From a virus (lineage: Duplodnaviria; Caudoviricetes): a stretch of 64,000 nt of DNA. How positions within the stretch are numbered: the first letter of the stretch is position 1; each line of letters opens with the position of its first letter. The notes below the pieces were generated by a model, which saw nothing but the letters and a program-made list of their open reading frames with translations, ran no database searches and was not told the origin of the DNA. Location: the IMG/VR virus record IMGVR_UViG_3300037067_012456, positions 32,001 through 96,000 of that record; one strand, given 5' to 3'. Both the position numbers and the translations under genes were made by a program. Of this stretch, positions 27,861 through 38,800 are shown piece by piece.

Positions 27861-28381
27861 TCAATTTGTTTTTTACATTTAGAACACTCTAATTGCCAAG
27901 GATCAAATATATTACCACAAGAACAAACATAATTAAAATTATAGAAATTATCATCATAAGTATCTCTAACTTTTTTATATTTTTTTGGAATACATACTTC
28001 TGATATTACAACCTCAGTTGGATTATATTTAAAATTTTTAACAAAATTAGTAAAACTTGATATTTGTTTAAATTTATCTGGAAGATCTCCAATTTTATGT
28101 TGTTCTAATGTATATTTTGCTGCTTCTAATAATTTATTTAATCCATGTTCTTCAGACAATAAATTAGTAATATTTTGAACTCTAGATTGAAATAAATTAT
28201 CTAAAGATTTAGATGCGGCTTTTTTTATTAATTTCCCATTAGAATCATAAGATGCTTGAAATTTAAATACTAATACTTTAGAATATAGATCATATATATT
28301 TCTATAATCATTTTCTCCAAAAGTATCAATACACCATTGTTTAAATTTATTATGAATTTTTATATAAGAATCTTGTGTCAT
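27839..28381 (-). CDS. hypothetical protein with C-terminal Zn ribbon, resembling the C-half of the adjacent initiator-like protein
   Basis: YVCSCGNIFDPWQLECSKCKKQIDW. Confidence 0.6.
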   Translation of the reverse strand: MTQDSYIKIHNKFKQWCIDTFGENDYRNIYDLYSKVLVFKFQASYDSNGKLIKKAASKSLDNLFQSRVQNITNLLSEEHGLNKLLEAAKYTLEQHKIGDLPDKFKQISSFTNFVKNFKYNPTEVVISEVCIPKKYKKVRDTYDDNFYNFNYVCSCGNIFDPWQLECSKCKKQIDWRNRID

Positions 28382-28411
28382 TATTTAATATAATATTATT
28401 TATTTTAAGTG

Positions 28412-29485
28412 TCAAGCACAATTTTTCTTTAAAGTGGCTTTATCTATTAAATTAAAATCAACAGTACGAGAACATTTTGGACAAACATCTTCTTTATCTA
28501 AATCAATTTCATAATTACACATACATTTATAATGTATATTACCTTCGGTAATATTAACTTCAGCTTTTTTATTTTTTGTTATAAATTGTACTAATAATCT
28601 TTTAGTAAAAAATGAAAAAATCTTGTTATCATATTGTTTTTTTAAATTAATAATTCCTTGAACTAATAAATCTACTCCATATTCTTCTCTCATTTCTAAA
28701 TAAGCTTTAGCTATCCACTTTTCTTTGTATTTCACTAAATGACCGCTTGCAAGTTCAATTCTAGTCATCTGTTTTAAAAACTCATAGTATTCTAAATATT
28801 TCTGATCAAAATCAAGTTTTTGTACAGAAATGAATTTTTGAGTTATATTAGTATTTTCTAAGTTAATTTCATCTTTACAAGAATTTTCTAAGGTAGTGTC
28901 GATCCCAGAGTCTTCTGCCTTTGGCACAAAAATCTTTGATGTAATCTCTTTAGTAGTCTTTATAGTAATCTCTGGTATTGCTGGTTCATTATAGTCCTTC
29001 ATAAGTGCTTCCTGGTCTTTTGTAGGTTCACTGGGAACATTCGTAAGTGCTTCACCATTTATAGAATAACCCAATTTAAATAGATCTTCCTGTATTTTTA
29101 AATTATTAATTCTATATTGATATGTTTTGTCCCATTTATACTTAGGATTTTTTCTTCTTAATATATATTCATTTTTTAATAAAATGTTCATTTTTCTGTG
29201 TATAGTATTTCTTGAGAAATCAATCATTAGTTCTTTAATAAGATCTTCTGCTTTTTTATAAATCCAACCAGATTTTAAACTTTCTATATCATTATCTAGT
29301 TCTTTTAGATTATTTTTTATTCTTCTATCATTTTCCTCTTTTAAATAATTATTAACATCATATACTCTTTCAGACCAATACATCATTTGATTAAGGATAA
29401 GAGCAGATAACCAATCTCCTGTTAATTCTACTAATTCTTCTTTAATTACAACTCTTTTTGATTTTTTTGGTTTATTTTGGGGCAT
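28412..29485 (-). CDS. phage replication-initiator-like protein (N-terminal winged helix, C-terminal Zn ribbon)
   Basis: VVIKEELVELTGDWLSALILNQMMYW...GWIYKKAEDL...SRNTIHR...L...YI...WDKTYQYRIN, IPEIT..TT.EIT linker, C.C...CPKC. Confidence 0.7.
   Translation of the reverse strand: MPQNKPKKSKRVVIKEELVELTGDWLSALILNQMMYWSERVYDVNNYLKEENDRRIKNNLKELDNDIESLKSGWIYKKAEDLIKELMIDFSRNTIHRKMNILLKNEYILRRKNPKYKWDKTYQYRINNLKIQEDLFKLGYSINGEALTNVPSEPTKDQEALMKDYNEPAIPEITIKTTKEITSKIFVPKAEDSGIDTTLENSCKDEINLENTNITQKFISVQKLDFDQKYLEYYEFLKQMTRIELASGHLVKYKEKWIAKAYLEMREEYGVDLLVQGIINLKKQYDNKIFSFFTKRLLVQFITKNKKAEVNITEGNIHYKCMCNYEIDLDKEDVCPKCSRTVDFNLIDKATLKKNCA
28977..29053. repeat. iteron-like 21-bp-periodic repeats inside the initiator-like gene
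   Basis: TTCATAAGTGC (28998), TTTGTAGGTTC (29019), TTCGTAAGTGC (29040), plus a partial copy at 28977. Confidence 0.5.
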
Positions 29486-29520
29486 TCTTTTACCTTTTTA
29501 AGAAATAAGTATAATTAATT

Positions 29521-29549
29521 AATATATTACATAAATTAGGGAAAGTCAA
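29521..29549 (-). promoter_or_regulatory. sigma70-type promoter heading the leftward arm
   Basis: TTGACT-17-TATATT at the strand switch. Confidence 0.7.
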
Positions 29550-29653
29550 GAGAAAATTATCTTATAACTTTCTTAAATACTATTAAAATTTAACAAATTT
29601 ACGACATATTTATTATAAACTCATTGTTTAATTAGATTAATAGAGGTATTTAT

Positions 29654-30502
29654 ATGGCTGAAATAATAAAAATCAATTCAAAGAAAGCTATCGTATCATT
29701 GACGAGAGAAGATATATCAAAATATGACTTGGCTAGATGGATTAGAACAAATTCAAAAGGACAGGGACAATATGCTTTTACTAATTTGCAGCCATTTGAA
29801 AGAGTAGCTGCTCAATTATTTGGAGCAGAACACCCATCAATGCAAGTTAAAATAGCTGAAAATGTTATTTTTTACCCATTAGATGGAAATATAGATATCT
29901 TTTTACAAATTACTGATGATTTTTCAAAAGGGTATTATAATAATCATCCAACAAAACTTGTTTTTAATAAAGGAAAAAGTTTTGCTATTGAAGATTCTTT
30001 TAAACAAGCTGCTCTTGATGAAAAAGAGTCTGAAAAAGAGGAAGACTCTGAAGAAGATTCTGAAGAAGATTCTGAAGAAAAACCCGAAGAAACTTCTGAA
30101 AAAGAGGAAGATTCTAATTTAGAAGAAACACCAGAAAAAGAAGAATCTGAAGAAAACTCCGATGAAGAAGAATTTTTAACTGAAGTTAATACTTTCTTGG
30201 AAGAAATTAAAGACATGGCTCCAGAAGACATGGTTAAAAAGATAAGTCCAGAAGAATTACAAGCAATTAAAGATATGCTTCATATTACTAATACAGAAAG
30301 TGAAGAAAAACCTGAAAATGGTATTTTAAAAACAATTGATTTGAATGATGTTTCTGAAGAAGGTCCATCAGTTATAAAAATTGATTTATTAAAAGATAAT
30401 CCAGAAGAATTAGATAAATTTGTTTCAGATCATTTTCAAGATGATGCTCATGAATTTGGTTCAGATCAAATTAAAGATATAATGAAAAATGTTTTGAGGT
30501 AA
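29654..30502 (+). CDS. acidic hypothetical protein, probable head or virion component
   Basis: GAGG RBS; E/D/S-rich tract with 12-bp GA(C/T)TCTGAAGAA repeats; first gene of the head module. Confidence 0.6.
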   Translation: MAEIIKINSKKAIVSLTREDISKYDLARWIRTNSKGQGQYAFTNLQPFERVAAQLFGAEHPSMQVKIAENVIFYPLDGNIDIFLQITDDFSKGYYNNHPTKLVFNKGKSFAIEDSFKQAALDEKESEKEEDSEEDSEEDSEEKPEETSEKEEDSNLEETPEKEESEENSDEEEFLTEVNTFLEEIKDMAPEDMVKKISPEELQAIKDMLHITNTESEEKPENGILKTIDLNDVSEEGPSVIKIDLLKDNPEELDKFVSDHFQDDAHEFGSDQIKDIMKNVLR

Positions 30503-30506
30503 TTAA

Positions 30507-31895
30507 ATGATTAATTATAATTCTTTATTATATAATTTGAAAATAGCTAGTTTTGAGGATATATCTACTAGTTCTTCTTATACTACACCACAAAAAAAAG
30601 TAATATATAGAACTTTTATTACTTTTTTAAAAAATATTAATAAATATCCAAGTGCTTTTAGTAGATTAATTGATTTATTTAAAAAAGCAAAAGAATCAAA
30701 ATCAGAAACAGATCCATTTCATAAAAATACTTATGATCCATTAAAATATACTGCTGACTATATTAAAAAATGTATTGAAAATTATTTACAGACAGAATCT
30801 GGTTTAGATTTTGTTGGAACAGATACATCTTTAAAAAAAGAAGATATAACTGACGAACAAATTTCTAAATTAAGAGAAGAATCTCAAACACAAAAAAAGA
30901 AAGAACTTCAAGAAATGAAGGACAAAGGAAAGAAAAAAAGATTAACTGTTCCTCAAGACGAATTAAATGCATTACCTACACCCACTTCTAAAGAACTTAG
31001 TGGTATAACTACTAAATCTCTTAATAAAAGTAAATTTGTTGATCAATCTATTGTTGATAAAGCAATGGGTCTTCCTGAAGAAGAGGGTGGAGAAGATGTA
31101 GATTATATTGAAGAGGAAGAAGAACCAGTTGATATTCGTATACAAAAACATAAAAGACATAGCAATGAAGATTCTTTGATTAAGATAGCTATAGAATTAT
31201 TACAAGAAGATTATACTTTATTTGGAACATTAGTTTTACCAGCATTTTTTAAATTATGGTTAGAATCTTATGGTGATAAAATTATTGAACAATCTAATTT
31301 AACTAAAGAAGAAAAAGAAAAAGTAGAACATAGTGATACTTATAAAAAAACAGAAACAACAGATGCAACGGGTGCTCCTCTTAAAGTTGGTGATTCAATA
31401 AAATTAATACCAACATTTTCTGGTGAAGATAAAGACAATGCTGTTTTTACAGTAACAGATATTATTAATAAAATAGATGATATTGAACAAGATCCTACTA
31501 AAAGATTAGATTTTATATCTTATATGATTGGAAATGATCCAAAAAATACAAAAGTAGAACCACATTATATGGTTATAAAAGTTGATACAAATAAATCTGA
31601 AGCTATTGAAGAAGATCTTATACTTCATCAAGCTATTTATGATGTTCTTTCTAAAATGGCTATAGATTTAGGAATTGTTCAAAAAAATGTTGGAAATTTA
31701 AATCCAGGAGAAATTTCTGAAGCTACTGGTCCCGATAATACAAAATTACAAGTATCTAAAGATACAGAAGGTAATATTAGTGTTAAAGATGAAAAAACAA
31801 CAGAACCACCTATTACAGTATCAAAAGAAACCGCACCTCAATTAGACGAAACATTAAGACAGAAGAATATCAACTTAGTTCAAAATCAGGTATAG
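30507..31895 (+). CDS. hypothetical probable internal head protein
   Basis: 462 aa with KIAS/KIA motifs; in the head module. Confidence 0.55.
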   Translation: MINYNSLLYNLKIASFEDISTSSSYTTPQKKVIYRTFITFLKNINKYPSAFSRLIDLFKKAKESKSETDPFHKNTYDPLKYTADYIKKCIENYLQTESGLDFVGTDTSLKKEDITDEQISKLREESQTQKKKELQEMKDKGKKKRLTVPQDELNALPTPTSKELSGITTKSLNKSKFVDQSIVDKAMGLPEEEGGEDVDYIEEEEEPVDIRIQKHKRHSNEDSLIKIAIELLQEDYTLFGTLVLPAFFKLWLESYGDKIIEQSNLTKEEKEKVEHSDTYKKTETTDATGAPLKVGDSIKLIPTFSGEDKDNAVFTVTDIINKIDDIEQDPTKRLDFISYMIGNDPKNTKVEPHYMVIKVDTNKSEAIEEDLILHQAIYDVLSKMAIDLGIVQKNVGNLNPGEISEATGPDNTKLQVSKDTEGNISVKDEKTTEPPITVSKETAPQLDETLRQKNINLVQNQV

Positions 31896-31900
31896 AAATT

Positions 31901-34900
31901 ATGAATGATTTTAAATTTTCTTCTACTAATGAAGAAGATCTCCAAATATTATTAGATGCTGCTCAAGAAGAATATTTTATAAATTCTGTAGTAAAATATG
32001 CTTATAAATTAGGAGAAATTGGAATTACTGATCCAGATAAACTTGCTACTATTATTGCTGAAGAATTTATTAAAATAAAAACAGCAGCAGATGCTCCTCA
32101 AGAAGCACAAACTATTGAAACAGGTGAAGATTATTATAATTTTTCTTTATCTGGATATAATCTAGATACTTGGATGGATTATTGGTTTGGTTTATCAGAA
32201 CCAGGTCAAACTTTAAATTATAATGGTGTTTTTTTTGATTTTAGTAATAAAAATATTGAATTATTAAATAATAGACTTAAAACACTATCAGATACATTTG
32301 GATATAATTTAGTACAAAAGAAAGATATTTCTAAAGAAGTTACTTTAAAAGAAACTTCTGAAGAAACAAAATCAAGTCCTTTAATGAGTGTTAATGTTCC
32401 TCAATATACTTTAGATGAAAGAGATTTAGAACAAAAGCAAAATTCTAAAATAACTATGATTACTGATTTTCAATTATTAAAAAAGAACCCAACAAAAGAA
32501 AATTTTTTAAAATTTACTCAAAAATATCCGAAATTATTTGTTTCTACTGCCGAAGGTAAATATGTGGGTTTAGATAGACCAGGTATTAAAAAATTTCTTA
32601 AGGATTCTTTATATAATTTAAAAAGAAAAACAACTGAATATTTAGAAACAGGTGGTACTTCATCTGCAAAAGGATTAGATATAATTGGAGCTGGATCAGG
32701 TGAAAAGGGTACACAAGCTACATTAGAAAGTGGTGGAGCAAAACACCAACTTGAACGATATAAAGAATGGTCTGATAAAGCACATAAAGAACAGCCTGAA
32801 TATTTTGCATCACTGGATAAAATAAATAATCAAATTATGGCTGAGTTTAATGATTTAAATGAGCAATTTAAACAAAAAGAATCAGTTGGTGAAGATACTA
32901 GTAATATTCGTAATGAAATGAATAAAAAGTATTTAGAAAGTAAAGATCTTATTCAAAAAAAGATTGAACGTTCTTATTATATTCAAGATTTAGATTGGAA
33001 AACAGAACAAATAGAAAAATTAATAATTAATTATGAAGATATTATTAAAAAAAGTGATGAATTATTAAAATTATTAAGTCCTGGGGCTGATTTAACTATA
33101 CAAGATTATGATTTATTAACTAATGTAACAACTGAATTAGGAGAATTTGGTCATTCATTTTTGATTAGACTTGGTTTATATGCTTCTAAAGATGTATATT
33201 TTCCAGAATTATCTAGTGAACAACATGCTGGTTCAATGGTAGATATTTTGAGTGGTATTGTTAATAAAGATGTTAGTAATATTTCTGATGAAATGTTTAA
33301 TTATACAAAAGATGATTTATTTAATGTATTAGATAAAAATATAGCTGAAAATGATGCTAATAAAATTGCTTCAAAAGCAATTTTAGAAATGATTATAGCT
33401 AAAATAAATGATATTATTACTCGTTATCAAGTAATACAAACTCATGTGGAAAATCAAAAAAACAGATATAAAGCTATTTTAGAAGATTTTAATAGTCCTA
33501 AAACTGGAATATTTAGTTCTATTTATGGGCAATTAAATAAAATAATCGCTCAAAATGAAAAACAATTAAAATTAAAAGATGTAGAATATTTAAGATCTAC
33601 TCAAAAAAGAATAACAGGATTCTTAAATGCTATGAAAATAGCTGAAGAGAACTATGGATCTTTATTTAAAAACAAAGAAATTTTAACTATTATTGAAAAG
33701 AATAAAAATGAATTTGGTAAAAAAACCGATATATTAGAACCATATAAACATATAAGACAAAATACAAGTCGTTTAATGGATACTTTATTAGATACAAAAC
33801 CAGAAAAAGTTTCGAAATATTCTGATATATTAGAAGATATTTCTTATACAAAGAATATGCTTGATTCTTTTAATAAACATATAAAACAAATTTTAAAATT
33901 ATCTGAAAAAAGTTCATTATCTGATAATAGCCTTAATTTGCTAAAACAATACAATGCTGCTTTAGGTAGTATTCGTAATTTAATGTCTGATGGTTTAATT
34001 AAGGCTTATGGAAATAATTATGAATCTTATTCAGAACAACTTCAAGGAGCGGAATTATTAAAGTCAGCTTTAGAAACTATAAAAAGAGAAGCACCAGAAG
34101 GTCGTTCTGATATTAATACATATAAAAGTATTATTTCTTTATTTAATGAAATTCCTAGATTTAAATCTATAATAAATACTACTTTTTTTGAAGAAACAAT
34201 TAATAAATCAGCTAAAAGTTTAAAAGATACTGTTCTTACTATTGAACATTCTATTGTTCCTTTAAAAAATCACTTAAATAAAGCAGTTAATGAAGATTCA
34301 TTATCAGCTTTAATTTCACAACAACAAGAAATTTTAAATAAGGATTTAACTGAAGATATTGGTATTGAAAATGATAGTTCAAGAGAATTAGTAGCAACTA
34401 GAATTAATAATGAATTTAATCCGCAAAAAACAATGGTTGTTGATGTTATTGGTGATATGACTAATGTATTATTTCATGATTATGAATTTTCTGGTAGTGC
34501 TGCTAGTCAGAAAAAAGATTATCATATGAGAACTAGAAAAAGAGATAATTTTAATCAGGATGTTGGTTGGAGTCAATCTAAATGGAATTTTTATAATATA
34601 GTAAAAGAATGGAATAATACTGTAATTTCTTGTTTAAAATCTTTAGCATCAGCCAGAAAGAACGAAACAAGAACTTTTAATCCAAAAGATTCTTTTGGAT
34701 TTAGACCAAATTTTGTTAATTTATCTGAAGATGAAAAGTCTTCTATTAATCAGAAGAATAGTTTATATTCTTATATGTCAAGAACATCTACAGATTCTTT
34801 AGCAACTATAATGTCTGAAACTTCTAGAAATAAACAAATTACTAATTTGCGTTATGATATAGCAAGTGATTTTAACACTTTTATAGATATACTTAATAAA

Positions 34901-35848
34901 TTTAAAGAAAATAATATTGTTAAATCTGATCCACAAAGAATTAGAATAATAGACTCTGCTCTTTCAAAATTAAATAAATTAACGATTGGTTATAAGAATT
35001 ATTATAATGATAAAAATAATGAAACTAGATTTAAATTTGAAGAAGAATTAAAAAATTTAGAAGTACAATTTGAAGATAATATTTCTTTATTAAACTCTAT
35101 TAGAGAACAAATAGATTCAACTCAAGATATTGGTGAAAAATCCAAACTAACTCAACAATTGAGAGATCAAATTCATAATCATGATGCTTTAAATACTAAA
35201 ATTGGAAACATAAAAAAATCTATAAAAGAATTTTATAGAGTTAATGAAGAAGTTGATTTGATAGATGAAAAAGAAAGAAACCATACTATAGAATTTGTAT
35301 TGGCTGCTATTCAAACTGCAGAATCTTTTCCAGGTGAATATGAGTATTATAAGAAAATAGCTGTTGATATGGATGATAAATTCAAACAATTCGATGTTAT
35401 TAGAAAAGCTCAAGAAGAACAAGTTGATAAAGAATTGTTATTTAAAATGCTCTATGCTAGAGATAAATTAACAGCTATTGATAGAGAATCATTAGATCAT
35501 ATAACAGAAATGGCTTCTTTATATAAAACAAATTATTCTAGAGATTTTGGTAAAAACATTAATCCAGGTAAATATAAAGAATTTGTTGGACATAAACAAA
35601 CTGCTTTTGATTATGGAACACAAGGAACACCAACAGAAAAACCAGATTGGGTTAAACAAGTACAAGAAGATTCTAAATTAAAGTTAAAAAGACCCATTAC
35701 AAGACCTCCGGTTAATTCAGAATCTTTAGATGAATTAATAAAATTAGCTAATTTATTAGAAATGACAACTGAATTACGAAAACAAGCTCAAGAAACTGAA
35801 AGATTGTCTCAATTAGATATAATTGATAATTTATTAAATAATAGGTAA
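31901..35848 (+). CDS. large helical probable internal head or ejection protein
   Basis: 1315 aa, mostly helical; KYA, KTAA, KLA and KQA motifs at the termini; directly upstream of the portal. Confidence 0.55.
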   Translation: MNDFKFSSTNEEDLQILLDAAQEEYFINSVVKYAYKLGEIGITDPDKLATIIAEEFIKIKTAADAPQEAQTIETGEDYYNFSLSGYNLDTWMDYWFGLSEPGQTLNYNGVFFDFSNKNIELLNNRLKTLSDTFGYNLVQKKDISKEVTLKETSEETKSSPLMSVNVPQYTLDERDLEQKQNSKITMITDFQLLKKNPTKENFLKFTQKYPKLFVSTAEGKYVGLDRPGIKKFLKDSLYNLKRKTTEYLETGGTSSAKGLDIIGAGSGEKGTQATLESGGAKHQLERYKEWSDKAHKEQPEYFASLDKINNQIMAEFNDLNEQFKQKESVGEDTSNIRNEMNKKYLESKDLIQKKIERSYYIQDLDWKTEQIEKLIINYEDIIKKSDELLKLLSPGADLTIQDYDLLTNVTTELGEFGHSFLIRLGLYASKDVYFPELSSEQHAGSMVDILSGIVNKDVSNISDEMFNYTKDDLFNVLDKNIAENDANKIASKAILEMIIAKINDIITRYQVIQTHVENQKNRYKAILEDFNSPKTGIFSSIYGQLNKIIAQNEKQLKLKDVEYLRSTQKRITGFLNAMKIAEENYGSLFKNKEILTIIEKNKNEFGKKTDILEPYKHIRQNTSRLMDTLLDTKPEKVSKYSDILEDISYTKNMLDSFNKHIKQILKLSEKSSLSDNSLNLLKQYNAALGSIRNLMSDGLIKAYGNNYESYSEQLQGAELLKSALETIKREAPEGRSDINTYKSIISLFNEIPRFKSIINTTFFEETINKSAKSLKDTVLTIEHSIVPLKNHLNKAVNEDSLSALISQQQEILNKDLTEDIGIENDSSRELVATRINNEFNPQKTMVVDVIGDMTNVLFHDYEFSGSAASQKKDYHMRTRKRDNFNQDVGWSQSKWNFYNIVKEWNNTVISCLKSLASARKNETRTFNPKDSFGFRPNFVNLSEDEKSSINQKNSLYSYMSRTSTDSLATIMSETSRNKQITNLRYDIASDFNTFIDILNKFKENNIVKSDPQRIRIIDSALSKLNKLTIGYKNYYNDKNNETRFKFEEELKNLEVQFEDNISLLNSIREQIDSTQDIGEKSKLTQQLRDQIHNHDALNTKIGNIKKSIKEFYRVNEEVDLIDEKERNHTIEFVLAAIQTAESFPGEYEYYKKIAVDMDDKFKQFDVIRKAQEEQVDKELLFKMLYARDKLTAIDRESLDHITEMASLYKTNYSRDFGKNINPGKYKEFVGHKQTAFDYGTQGTPTEKPDWVKQVQEDSKLKLKRPITRPPVNSESLDELIKLANLLEMTTELRKQAQETERLSQLDIIDNLLNNR

Positions 35849-35851
35849 GTC

Positions 35852-38800
35852 ATGTCAGATGAAATAAAAAAAGAAGGCGATTTATTTACAAATTTTGATG
35901 AAATGTTTCCAGGAGCAATGTTTGGTTCTCATTATGCTGAAGCAGATCAAAAACAATTTGAAAAAGATAAAACAGGTGCTAGTAATCCTTATTCTGGAAC
36001 TGTAAATACATCTTCCTTTTTAGGAATGAATCCATCATCAAATATTTTAAGAAACCCTTCAAGGCGTTTTTATGATCCAGAAATAACAACAACTGCTATC
36101 TTTTTACCTAAAGATATAAAACGAAATAATAGATGGTGTCGTTGGTTTTATGATCACGATGAAGTAGTTGGTGCTGTTTTAGATGTCCATGCTGAATTAC
36201 CTTATTCAAAAGCAAGAATAAAAGTAAAAGATCCTATTATACAAAGAGAAATAGAAGATTGTTTGGATAGAACAAACTTTTTTTCAATGCTTCCTCTTAT
36301 AGATCTTGAATATATGAAAGTTGGGGAAGTATTTATAAATAATCATTGGAATGATTCTTTGGGAATGTGGGATAATATTGTTATTCACAATCCTGATTAT
36401 ATGGAAGTTAAATATAGTCCTTTTGCAGATCAAGAATCTGTTATAGAATTAACTCCTGATCAAGAATTACGATCATTAATATATTCAACAAGACCAGAAG
36501 ATCAAAGATTGAAAAAACGTTTACCAGCCGATGTTGTAAAACGTGTTTTAACTGGTAGAAATATAATTTTAAATCCAGATGAAATTACTCATATTGCTCG
36601 TAGAAGTAATCCTTATGATATTAGAGGAACTTCTATGATTCGTAGATTATTCAGAGTTTTACAATATCAAGATAAACTAAGAGAATCTCAAATAACAATT
36701 GCTGATAATTTTATTTATCCTTTAAAATTATTTAAATTGGGTGATAAACAGAGAGGATGGATACCTAATGCTAATCATCAAAAAGCATTAGCTCAAATGC
36801 TTCAACAAGCAAACTTTGATCCTAATTTTTCTTTAATATATCATTATGGTTTGGAAGTTGAATATATAACTGTTGCAGATAAAATTTTAAAATTAGATAA
36901 AGAGTGGACTCAAATTGATGAAATGAAATTCATTGCCTTGGGTGTAAGTAAAGAGTTCTTAACATCAGGTACTACATATGCTGCTGCTAATGTTGGTTTA
37001 CAAACTCAATTGGCTCGTTACAGAGCTAAAAGAGATCTATTTGAACTTAGATGGATTAGAGATAAATTTTTTAGAATCATGGCAGAAAGAAATGGTTGGT
37101 ATACTCGTGATGCTAGAGAAATAACAGGTCAATTTAGAGTTGGTAGAAGTAAAGAGGAATTACGTAAAAGATTAATTCTTCCAGAACTTATTTGGGATAA
37201 GAAGTTAGCTATGAGAGATGATTCTCAATATCTAACCTTTCTTAATAATGTATACGCACAAGGTAAAGGTCCCATTAGTGTTCTTACTTTATTAATGGCA
37301 ATGGGATTAACATTAGATGATGAATTATCTAATAAAGAAAAACAAAAAGAATTAGAAGAAAAATTTGGATTAACTATATCTCCTCCACCCGCAGCCGGTG
37401 GTGCTGGTGGTGCTGGTGCTCCACCTCCTCCAGGTATTGCTTCAAGAATTATGGATAAAATAAAGAAGGGTTCTAAAAAAGAAGAAGAAGTTGTACAAGA
37501 GAAAGAAAGAGAATTTATTCCTGATGGAGAATTTACAAAGCAAGATTTAGTTAAATATGGAAAAATTACTGAAGATGATGAAATAAAAATGGCTTTAGAA
37601 TTATCAAAAGATTTATTTTCTGTTGATGAAAAACATTGGTTAAAAAATCTTAAATCAGATAATTTATCAAAAGAAGTTATTACTTTATTTACTACATATA
37701 ATGATAAATTAGCTACTATTCATAAACGAAGTAATGGAAACTTTATTAATGAAATTTTATCTTCTTTGGAAGATGTTAATGTTGTTTTATCTAAATTATA
37801 TATTCAAGGTAAATTAAGTGCATATGAATTAACAAATTTTTTACCAATTCATACTTCTAGATATTCAAATGAAATAAAAGATTTTTCTGATTTGGTTTTA
37901 ATTGAAGAATTTAAAAATTGGATAGAACAATTATGTAAATCTGGTCTTGAAAAAGAAGATTTATTTAGTAATTTAAGAAATATAAGTAATACTTGTTTTG
38001 CTTATGGTCAATTAAAAGGTTATCAAGAACAAGGTATTAACAGGGTTAGAATAGCTAATGTTATTGAAAATGATGGATTAAGATATGATATTAATACTTT
38101 ATTAAGTCATAGACATAATTTAGCTTCAATTGTATCTCCTCAAGGTGATATTGCATTATTTAATGCATGTATAGAAAACGAAGAAGATATCGAAAGTACT
38201 TTAGATCCTCATATAGCTCGATATAAAGATTTTGCTGTTAATGGTATTAAAATTAATAATTGTCCTATTGAATTTATACCATCAATGACTAATTATATTA
38301 GTAAAGTTGGAAAACTTATTAAACGTAAATATGATTCTATAACTTTTATTGATGATATAACTAATGCTAAAGCATGGGAAGATTCTTTTAAAAAAGCAGC
38401 AGAAAAAGAATTTACAGGTATTAATATAGAAATGCAAAAATCTGCTGTAGCTTCTGCTTTAATGCAAGAAAAACTTAAAAAACAGGGTAATTTAGCTATC
38501 TTTAATAAAGATAGAGATTTATACTTAGCCCATTGGTTAGGTACTGGAGATAAGCCACTTGTAGATAATTTAATAAGACACATAGATGTATATGATGAAT
38601 ATTTAGATAAATTATTAAGTAAATCTTTTGATAAAACAGCATTTAATTTATCTAGACAAGAAATAGATACATATAGTGTATTTAAATATATTACTCCTGT
38701 TTCTGATAATGATTCTAAAATCATTGGTTGGAAACTTATAGATGGAATAGAAAAAGAAGCAAGTATCAATGAAAAATTAAAATCAGGAAAGATTTGGAAT

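Noticed and set aside
35233-35243. 11-nt match (TTATAGAGTTA) to the variable segment of hairpin A
   Set aside because: Expected by chance in 64 kb of very AT-rich DNA; not evidence of targeting.
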